DNA of 64,000 nucleotides. It comes from Selaginella moellendorffii (taxonomy: Eukaryota > Plantae > Lycopodiophyta). The translations under genes were made by a program, and so were the position numbers. The notes under the pieces were generated by a model. That model ran no database searches and was not told the DNA's origin. It was given only the letters and a program-made list of their open reading frames with translations. Each line of letters starts with the position of its first letter. The first letter of the stretch is position 1. The DNA is taken from contig NW_003314273.1 in the NCBI RefSeq assembly GCF_000143415.4, forward strand, positions 1,456,052 through 1,520,051, written 5' to 3'. Shown here in pieces: positions 27,461-38,100 of this stretch.

Positions 27461-29104
27461 AAAGCTCTATTTCGTTAAAGTGGGATTTATTCAGTAAAAT
27501 GGGACTAGGTACAAATTTTCAAGTATTTGAAAATGACGTGAAATTATATGTTTTTTGTCCAGGGGCTAGACATATCTGGGGCATGGTGACTAGCGCGGTG
27601 ACTTTATGTCCAGACTGTGTCCATCTGGTTGTATAATAAATCTCATTGTCAAGGTGAACAAGCCGAATCTGAAGCTAAAGAAGAGCGATGGCATGCGCGC
27701 ACACACTATTTGTTTGTTCATTGAGCGTGTGGTGAGCTTTCCAAGATGAACGTCATTCCTATTAGCCAGACATATAACTTAATGGTGAGAACATTTAGAT
27801 ATTATTCAATGTTATCTTTTTCTAACGAATCTAATTGTGAAGGTGTAGCAAGAGGCATTGCTAGTCTGGAGAAGTCATTTAACTCATTTGACCCTTAGTG
27901 TATTTTCATGAAACTAAATAACATTCATATTATTAAGGAATTTCTCTAGTACCTTTTTTTTATGACATAGAGGCTTGCATTTCTTTCAAAGGTGATTTAG
28001 TAAAAGACCTGAGGGCACATGCCATTCTATTTCTCAGACCGGTATTAAGATATACTAGTGCAAAGGGAAAAAGGTATTTGGTGATCAAGTAAATGGCATG
28101 AGGGCACACGCCATTATAAGCCTAAGCGCTAGTGGACACCTCCTTTTTGGTACTCTCAGCGGTACTATCATCCTTCTCCGGGTCAGTTGTTTTGCTTTGG
28201 ATTGTTATCTCTGACGTTACTGGGGCGTTCTCGATAGTTGTTAATGTTGCCGTTTGTTCAGAAAAATGATCACCTGGAGTATAGTACGGGGAGTTTGGAA
28301 GATTTATATATTCTACATCTTCACCTATCTCCTTCTCCATCTCCTTTTCTGCCTCACTTACAGATTTTGTGCTTGCCATGAGAACGCTCTTCACCCTAAA
28401 ATATGGAGTTCGTTGTGTTATAAAAGGAAACCAACACACACGCTGCAAGGGAATGATGGTACATAAAGCACGTAAGCCCACAATATGGGTTTATGTGCCA
28501 TTAATATGGGCCACACGCCATATTATTAGATTTATGCACGTGTGATTGGTAAATGCATATGTCACATCATCTTTGTTTTACCTCACACACTATATTAGGC
28601 CTAATGAACCATATCACATGTGCGCACATGCTATATATATGGAGAAGTATTATGCAAGGATAGAAATTCAATGCATGATTGTGGAGAGCAATGGCATGAA
28701 GCCACATGCTAAATAACATTTTAGAGAAAGAATTAAAATAAAAACATGCAAATAGTACTAAGTGGACCAAGACTTAGAAGTGCACAATTGAATGAGGTAT
28801 TTCTAATAAATACTTCACTCACCTCATATAGGAATGGCTACCACTCTCAAATGGCGTATCGCCTCATGCCATCACCTCGCAATTTGTTATAGCAATCCGA
28901 TGAATTCATATTCGGCTTGTTCACCTTGAACTTTAAGTAAGATTTGCTAGAACAACTAAGAATTTATACTTGTTATTTGTATCATCTCACCTAGGAATGG
29001 CGTAAGGCCACATGCCATCACGCCTCCTCTGATTCAGATTCGGATTGTTCACCTTGAAATAAAATACATTAGAAACTTAGTAAAGGAATATTCATGAATC
29101 TCAC

Positions 29105-32100
29105 CTTGAACCCAGGTTATGAATGCTCTTGCTGCATCTCTTGCATGGTCTAGCAAGGTGATGGTGGCACTCTGCTTCCGCATCCAACCATACACAACAT
29201 TATCCACCGATATGCTCATGCTGGGATCCCTTGGATTCAGCACCCATCTCTTTTCTAGGCAATCCTTCGTATATCCGGAACTTGGCTTGAACCACTCCAC
29301 AGTTACATTGAAGGAGTTAGTTTCCGCGTCCTCCTCTGCATCAGTGATGCAGCGCCCCACCCATATCATTTGTTTTTTATTACTGGGTCTGACAAGCACG
29401 ACCATTCCTTTGCAGACCTATACTGGATTGAATGCTGAATCCGGCTTCTTGTTCCTTGGCCCACAATAGTGATCCTCAACATCGTTATCTGTCACTGCAT
29501 TTCTAGAGGACATTGTTCCGCTACTATCTGGTGCTCTGGGTTCTGGCCAAAAGGACTCTTCCAATTCTTCATATACAACCGGCCCATTTTGGATAGCAGA
29601 TATAATCTTCTCTCAGTATTTGAGCAAAGGCTTGCACCTCTGAAAATAGGATTCTCCACCAAACACCAACCCCCTATTCCAGAAGGCAATATGCTGTCTA
29701 ATCCCGGCCACTATACTTTCCTGGTCTTTGAGTCCATCCGGGTGCATCGGCCGTGGGGAACCCTGAGGAATCATAGGTTCCCCAGTTATGGGATCTCTCT
29801 TGAAGAGTTCAATGCCGTCCACTGGCAGCCACACTGTGTCCCATTCTCTCATCTTGTACCTCATCACTGGAGCACTGTCACACATACTGAAATGAAACTG
29901 AAGAGGCTTGGAGTGGCCAATCAGCGTTTCAGATCCGTCCCTGATGTAGCCTCTTACAAACCCCTTAAAGTCTGGAACCTCTGTCAGAAGTGCAGCTTCA
30001 ATAGTGCCTTTGATGCAATTTTGGAATTCATCGTAGAGTTGTGGGAGGGTGAGGACATTGGATCGCCGGAGGGACTCTGCCAGGTGACTGAACATGGCAT
30101 CAACGTCTTCATGAGTGTGCCCAACCATGAGAAAGCCAAGTGTAACCGTTTCAAATATGCCTTTGGCAACAAGCATCGCCAAGTACGCGAAGACGTACAT
30201 GTTTTTGTTCTCACTGCCAGCATTGTCTGTTTGGAGCAGAAGATGGGGTGGAAGGCCACATCGGCCGCAAGAACTTCCTTGAGATTCTGCTTCGTTTGGA
30301 TGAGGCTGTGCATTCACCGGGCGACCAGCCTCATCGGAATGGCATGAGGCCTCACATGATAACCCTACAATCTGATGGCCAACATATTCACTGGGATGGC
30401 ATGGGGCCCCACGCGATACTGCAAGCCTTTGCTCCTCCTCCAGCTGAACCCTGTATGGGGTTCGATCGACAAGGGCCTTATGCAAGGGTTGGCCGTTCAG
30501 CTCAGTCTGCGCACTTTGCAGAGACCTTAAGTGTTTTGCTAGGGACGCAATCATCATGTTTGCACCCCCGCCACCCCATAGAGGTACAAAGAAGTTCCCA
30601 TAGTTCTGGGCACCATGCCCATGAGCGATTATGCCAAACAGAGACACAGGCAGCTGCATGGATGAAGAGATTGCCTTGGGGGCAGGATTGAGTCGAGGTA
30701 AGCACGTCTTTTTCTGGTCCATTTTGTCGTGGATGATGCAGAGGTAAGAGTCAGGTCTCTCCATGGAGAGAATCCTGTTATGATAATATGCAGTCCTGCA
30801 GCTTCTCTGCTCGATGTTGTGGTCGAGCCGCCTTCTAACCAACGTCTCTCGCTCTTGAGCGCTGCAAGAATTCTTCGACAAAGCCATTTTGATAGCAGTG
30901 CACTCGTCACACTTTGAAAAGCTGGAGTACTTTCCTATACTCACATCCCTGAACCTGTTGCTCCACAATCTACTAAATCTAGATTGGCTCAACTTCCTGT
31001 AGCCATTACTCTGGAGTTCCCGATTCACATCTTCCAATATGGCCCCCTTGGTATACATGGAAGGGAGAACTCATTGGGTGTCTCGTGTTCCATCTTCCAA
31101 GATGCGGGTTTTATGTGGTTGCTGCTCACTACATGTCTTGACAAACCTCTTGAAGATTGCCTCTCCATATACAACATGACCCCTGGTTTTGTGCGTACCG
31201 TCGTTCCCATGGACTGCCTGTTGAACCCTTTGTTCCTCGAACTCAGTTTTGATTCTGTAGAATGTGGTTCGAGGGACTCCATAAATGATTCTCCATGCCT
31301 TCATGCAGACCAAACCCCTCTGGAAGACCATGCCCCCCACCTGATGTTCTGAAGCATCAACAGATAACCGTAATGCCTCATACACAAAATTGCGAGCTGC
31401 CTTCCAGGACAATGTCTTGTATCTTGCTCTCTCCTCTTCAATAGCATCCCAATCAGCATGTTGACAGCACCTCCTCTTGCAACAAGCAACTGTTGAGACC
31501 ATTCGAACCTCCATCGCCATTTTCTACCTTTTCGGTTCGTTGCTCAGATCCTTTTGGCTGCGCTTTAGGAAGGTGTACTTTCTTTTCCCATGAAGAGATG
31601 TTCTGTCATCAGTTGTAGTGGTATTTGATTGTGAATCCTTCACATTCTCAAACACTAAGTGCCTCAATTTCCACCGCACAATGCTTCCAATAGTCAGACT
31701 GTTTTCTTTTGTGTCAACAACCTCTAAAATCGCAACTCCAATATCATCCCAGCCCAATTCTTGATTAGCAACCACATCTCTTGGATCGACAACTGTGGCT
31801 AAGCCCTCAGCTACCACCTCCCCCTCGGGGTTGTTTAGAAACACCTTCGCCTGAATCCATGTAGCATGGTTCTTAAGATCCACGGAGGGAACATGTGTCG
31901 CACTTGCGCTGTCCCCAACATCTGCTTTCTTCTAAAGATTTTTCAAGGCAACAACAACATTTACCCCGACAACCATCTCTCCTCGTTCAATAGCGATCAC
32001 ATTCCCATCGAAGACAGTCTCTACTGATACAGCAGCATTGCCTTCCCCAAGCCTTTGACAGTGTATAACAAAGTTCCGATCCATAGACACAAGGGTCCCT

Positions 32101-32159
32101 TTTGCAACTCTCTTCCCACCATTCAAAATGTAAACCTTTTCCCCAACCCTGAAGGCCAT
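29105..32159 (-). pseudogene. Sola-like DDE transposase (~1000 aa; GHTHED family) with five premature stops and no frameshift
   Basis: ORFs 31932-32159, 31524-31883, 31071-31520, 29613-31058 and 29049-29405 share one frame. Motifs: CCKRRCC..VCMKAW, SKCDEC..H, CIIHDKMDQKKTCLP, LLLQTDNAGSENKNMY and FLMVGHTHEDVDAMF. Two N-terminal Tnp1/En-Spm-like beta repeats and a C-terminal BAH/SH3-like domain. Further small 3' exons are likely down to ~28120. Confidence 0.8.
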
Positions 32160-32524
32160 TCTGAAAGTGCAGAAAAGAAGTTAAGACCATACAAAAAATG
32201 ATTGGAGAATGGCCTAAATTATAACATACCAAACAACCTCAATAGCATGAGGCCACATGCCATTATTCAAACATGCTATTGACACCCACGTGAAATTTCG
32301 CATTCACAAAATTGGCATGAGGCCTCATGCCATCTTGATATACACACAGCTGGAGGCAAGTAAAAACATACATGACAATACGCTAGCCATGAAATTGCAA
32401 GGGCCCAAGATGGCATGAGGCCTCATGCCATTTCTAAATGTGGTCCTAAGCCATTCCATGGTGAACATACCAGGAAGCACAAGTGCCGAATATCAAGAGG
32501 AAGCGGTAGCCACACCAAAGACAG

Positions 32525-32660
32525 TGCCGCTCGCAACACCGCAACTACTCGTAGCGCCGCTCGCAACACCGCAACTGCTCGTAGTGCCGCTCGCACAAAC
32601 TGCCACTCGCATAAACTGCCGCTCGCAATGGTGCTCGCAATGCCGCAACCGCTCGTAGAC
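32525..32660. repeat. CpG-rich ~30-bp tandem repeat upstream of the transposase
   Basis: gccgctcgcaacaccgcaact(a/g)ctcgtag occurs twice, with further degenerate copies. Confidence 0.8.
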
Positions 32661-33455
32661 GCATAAATCACAGCCCACAACGCCGCTTACACAAGCAGCG
32701 CTCACTGCGCTCAGCGGAACCAAGAACACGGCGCACAAAAATGATAGACCTAGGAATGAGTTCGAGAATTCAAAAATAACACACGCTTGAACGTCACATC
32801 AAATCCTCTGACAAACCAGATCTTATGATTCCTCTGACAAATTTCAAACTGAGTAGTGTCTAGACTTTGCTGTCAGAGGTTGAACTTTGTCACATCATGT
32901 CCTTGCCTCGATCCAGCTGTGCCATGTCAGTGATTCGAACTTTGCCATGCCATGTCAGCGATCCGCGCCAAGATTATTCGCCGTGTAAAGGAATAATTAT
33001 GCTGTGTGTGTACGTCCATTTATGGCAATATAAGGCCACACGCCATTTAAAGAATAATGCTAGTCGAGCATTTTTTGGTGCATTTTTGGGTTCAAAATTG
33101 CATGAGCCCACACGCTATAAAGTTTACCTATACCAAAAATAGAAACAGCTTTATTTACTTGGGAATTTAAGTGGTTGAGGCATTTTTAAACTTACAAACA
33201 CATGCCCTACTTACATTCCTTTGGTTGCTTAAAATTCAAAAATATTATAAACCTTTCTTTTTGCATTTTCAATGTTTTCAATTATGGTTTTTGATTTTCG
33301 CAGGACCAGCCTAGTAATCTATTTGCATCCCGTCATGTTTATAGCTAGCTTTCGTTTGTCCTCTTCGCTAGCCTGAGATACATCTGCTCGGCATCTGCCT
33401 CTTACAGCATTTGCCCAGAAAGGGCATCTTTCTTCACGCAGCATTTGCCACATGC

Positions 33456-33480
33456 TTAGGGTTTAGGGTTTAGGGTTTAG
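33456..33480 (+). repeat. Interstitial plant telomeric repeat (TTTAGGG)~3.5
   Basis: ttagggtttagggtttagggtttag. Confidence 0.85.
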
Positions 33481-34694
33481 CAATTCAGTAGCTTGATAAA
33501 CATGCAAATACAGAACTTGATGCAAAATCCTTTGATATGTCACAATGCCCCTAGGACCATAAACACATTTCAATAGAGAGGGTCCTTTCATTTCATAACT
33601 CCTTACGTAGATCTTGGTGAAACTAGAGTTAGTGAAGTTAGTTTCTTGTGATCCCGTATCTGATTGTGATGTCCATTTGCAGTGTCGATGGAAAGATCAA
33701 TGCACACCAAACTGTAAAATCTTGGAGCAAAATAACGGTCGGATCTATGGCAAATGCCCCTGAAACATTGTAAGGCTCGTGTGGTCTCATGTGGTGTTTG
33801 ATCGAGATGCTTCTTTGCAGGGTCATCAAGAAAGACATTGTATACCATTCTGTAAAATTTAGTTGCGATCTAACGGTTGGATCTCCAGAAAACTCAAAAA
33901 AATCTCGCGCGTGTCAGAATATTCTAGGAATATACTCCTATGTGCCCCTGAAAATGGCATGTGGCCCCACGCCATTCAAGAGATAACGCCAGATGACGCC
34001 GAGAATTTTTTGTAGCATTTTTTGGGTTCAAAATTGCATGAGCCCACACGCTATAAAGTTTATCTTTGCCAAATAGAGAAAAGTTTATCTGTGTCATGTG
34101 AGGTAGTTACAGTCCTTTGTGCTCGGCATCTGCCTCTTGCAGCATTTGCACTGAAAGGGAATTTTTCTCCATTCAGCATTTGGCCCTGAAAATGGCATGC
34201 GCCCACACGCCATTCAAGGAATAACGCCACAGGACGTCTGGATTTTTGGGTTTAAAATGTTTAGTGTTTTTTGGGTTTTTTCAAAATATTTTGGGTCCAA
34301 CGTTTTTTGGGTTTCTTTGGTTCAAAATTGCATGAGCCCACACGCTATAATATTGATTTGAGAGAAAAATAGAAACAGATAGAATTTCTTTATTTAGCTG
34401 AACATCTGCCATTTTTGGAAATACAAGATGCTTTGGAATATCCAATCATGCATGGTATAAATATAGCGAGGGTATTAAATGATATCCCAATCATGATCTT
34501 TCTTTTGGATTTCGCGTGCATGCAGTCCGAGGAATGATGACGTTGCGGATTTCTTTTGGATTTTGCGTGCTTGCATGCGTGCGGCAATCCAGAAATTAAT
34601 GGTGGCGCCCAAGTCCGAGGAATGATGACGTGGCGGGATTACCAACCGTTGTGACATTTCGTGCGTGTGAGGTTAGGTTTTGCATTATGCTTCG

Positions 34695-34900
34695 TACTCG
34701 CGCTCGCACACTCGCGCTCCCGCTCGCATCGCGCTCCCACTCGCGATCATGCTCACTTCTCTACAGGTTTCTCGTGTGCATCGGCGTCCACTCGCGCTTG
34801 CATCACACTCGCGCTCGCATCGCGCTCGTGTGCATCGGCGTCCACTCGCGCTTGCATCACACTCGCGCTCGCATCGCGCTCGTGTGCATCGGCGTCCACT
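34695..34900. repeat. CpG-rich tandem repeat (~54-bp unit) upstream of the ParB-like gene
   Basis: ctcgtgtgcatcggcgtccactcgcgcttgcatcacactcgcgctcgcatcgcg repeated about 2.5 times. Confidence 0.85.
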
Positions 34901-35107
34901 TCAAGACACACCCAGTTTGTAACTTCGCTGCCAACTCCGCCGCCCACTCCGCCACCCACACGCAGCCCACTTGGCGTCCCGGGAGATTTCAGCGCCACTC
35001 TCCAACTGTAAGTGGCAGAGTAGCCTTGCTGCTACGATCCGCTGCACACACAGTGCACATTCACCAGCGAGTCCGGCCTCGATTGTCACGCCTCCATTCA
35101 GCTTGAA

Positions 35108-38100
35108 ATGGTAAGTCTTTTAGGCCAAGTAGAAAATGGCATGAGGCCACATGCTATTCAGTAGCAACATTGGCATGCACCGATTGGGCTCTCGAGTGCA
35201 GTCCGGTTACAGATGGCGTGTAGCCTCACGCCATCTTAGGATGCAGCCTCAAGACATCTGATGCAGTGGTGAATGGCGTGTGGCCTCACGTTATTTCCAG
35301 CTGCTAGCTTTTCATCTGTCAGCTCTAATTGTTGTGCATTTCTGAACAGGCGAGGAATTGCATTCTTCTTCCAGCCACTGTCAATGTGGATGTAGAGAAG
35401 GGGGAGGAGCTCACCAGTTGGACTTTCGGGATGGAAGGCGAGGATCTGATGCTGTACAACACAGATGGTGGGAGAAAAGAATGCATGGGGATCCTCATCC
35501 AAGTGACAGACACTCCATGTAGTTCCATGCAAGAATATGGACTGGCACTTGTGGTAGAGACAGCGTCCGCCTTCAAGATCCACCTTGCACATCCTAGTGG
35601 CTTCCCGGAGGGGGGCAGCGGCTATGAGGAATTCCTAGAGGGAGCTAGGGAGAGGTTGTCCAGGAGGCCCACAATTTCAAAGACGCTGCGGGTCTATGAA
35701 GATCACATGGAATCCACGGACCTCACCTACGGCGATGTTCAAAAACTATATTCCAACATTGAGCCGTTGAGAGTGCCTCCAGTTCGCGAAGTGAAGGGGA
35801 AGGGGGTCGATCTGGAAACTACCCCGAAGCAAAAAAGGGTGGTCAAGCTCAAGCCGACGTCCGACTCTGCTGCTTCAAAAAAGAAGCTACTCAGTGATGC
35901 CATTGCCTCGGGTTCGAACACTACACCCACCAAAAAGAAGAGCCGCAAAGAGCAGAAAGAGCAAGAAGAGGCAGCAAAAATCGTCGCAGATAATAGTACT
36001 TGTTACTATTCCAACAAAGTATATACAATCGACGTGAGGCGTATCGACATCCAAAGCAAATACAACCACAGGCTAGTATCTGATGAGTGGGTGGAGAAAC
36101 TGAAGCAGAAGATGCTGGCAAGTCCAGTAACACCCGACATCGCAGACGTGATCCCCTACTACCGAACAATGAAGGGCGAGACGAGGTTTCCAGACTTGAT
36201 CAATAGGAAGGTGTTGGACGATCAGAACATCCGGTTCTATGCCGTCTCCGGGCAGCATTCTAGCTTGGCGATGCAACAGATAGTTGTGGATATTATGGTG
36301 GGCGAGGAGGTGAAGAAAGTCTTCAAGACAAGAGTTGTCCGCCTGATAAAAGGCAACTCGCTCCTCCGATCTATCATATACATCTCCCACGCGCAGAATG
36401 TTAAGCAAGAAATGTGCTACAAATCGGGTCTGCACGAGACATTGGCACGAACACGGAAGCTCTGGGTTCAACTGAAGAAGCCACAAAAACCAGGACAAGG
36501 ACGTGCACTAGCAACTAGCGCCTGGCAGGTAAGCCTTGTTGCATGTGGCATAGCATGTGGCCTCACGCCATTTCCATTGCAGGAATTCTCGAGTCTTCTC
36601 TCGAAAACACTGGGGGTCAATGACACACTCAGCATCCATAACATTCTACTCGCGACAAAAGTTGTTTTTGACAAATGGGTAGATGTGCTGAGGAGGTACC
36701 ATGACGGGGAGTTGCTAAACTCAATGGGTGTGGAGGACGGCCGGAAGCCCAATGATTTGAAGCTCAATGCCTTGTGTTTCTCGCGGTCTCTAGACGACGA
36801 CGACCTTCTGACAGTGGCTAATGCTCTTCTACGTGGTGAGGTAGTCTTCAACAAGACCAGAATGACTCCCGGCCATATTGTGACATACGAGGACTTGCGC
36901 ATGACTCTGAGAGCTCGTGCGCTATTGAAGGATTGGATCTTCGAGCAAGTGGCCGTGGAGAGGGTGAGCATCGACACCACGCAAGAGATGATGGAAGAGC
37001 TGGAGTTGTCAAATGAAGACATCGACGAGTACGTGAAGGGGGCCCCCAAGTTTATCGATCTGCTGCGGGATGCCACGAAAAGTAAAGCTGAGAAGTTGGA
37101 TCAGTATCCAAATTTCATTAAGAGGGATGTCGACCACCGGCTTCAGAAACAGCTCGACCCCGCAGCAGAGGCCTATCGAGAACCTTACCGGGTATACGTG
37201 AATTCGGATGAGGATCAAAGGTGGAGGAGCATCGTTTCCCGCGGAGATGAGCAGGTCAAGAACATCTTTTGTGTGATGGACTTCACAAACGAGGAGATCA
37301 CTCATGCAGACGAAGTCAGCTCCATCATTGACTTAATGGTGGGACTTGCGGAGGTGGAATCTTCAGTCCACTATATGATCTACGACTCCGAATCCTATCA
37401 CAAGTTCTGGAAGGCCTTGAACGAGGTGAAGGCTCGGTTGAAAGGCAAGGAGATGCGGGAGATCCATGGGATAATGGCTAAGAAGAAGATACCGACGAAT
37501 GTCCGCATCTTCACACTCGCCCTTGTTATTGGTCCTGCAGCAGAGTGGGACTGGAGTGACTTCCCAGCTTCGTTCAACAAGGCCGATCGAATTGATCTGA
37601 GGGAGGTCAATTTACCTGTGCCTGAGGAACTGAAGACGGCTATGGAGCTTTCGAATCCAAAGAAAGCTCCAGGTGCAGCATGGGAAATGCTCAGCTGGGT
37701 CTTCAACGCAATAGCGGGTGACTCCAAGGGCAAATGCGTTGTCGAGTACAACTGTGGCGGACTATTCTTTTGAGCCGCACTACTCAAGGGTGTCCCGTGT
37801 GTTGCGGTGACAAACTCCATTGAAGAGGTGACTTCAATGGAGCATATAATTACAGTTGCCAAAGAAAAACAGTATCTTCTCTGCGAACCTGGTGAGTACG
37901 CACTTTAAGTTTAAATGTTATCTCACAAGCTCTGTATGCAGGAGCGTGGCCACCCCCAGATGCTGAAACGGCGTTAACAACTACTGATGTTAGGCCGAGC
38001 TCACAACCTGCACAAGGTAAGGTCACGTGAGGCCTCACGCCATTTTGATTATAGATCATTGTGAATATTCAGACACGAGGACTGAAAAGCGCACTGGTGG

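Noticed and set aside
27461-27520. Helitron end or TIR for the large element
   Set aside because: No TC/CTAG termini and no matching right end. About 560 bp of the host LTR is missing at the right junction, so the termini cannot be defined.
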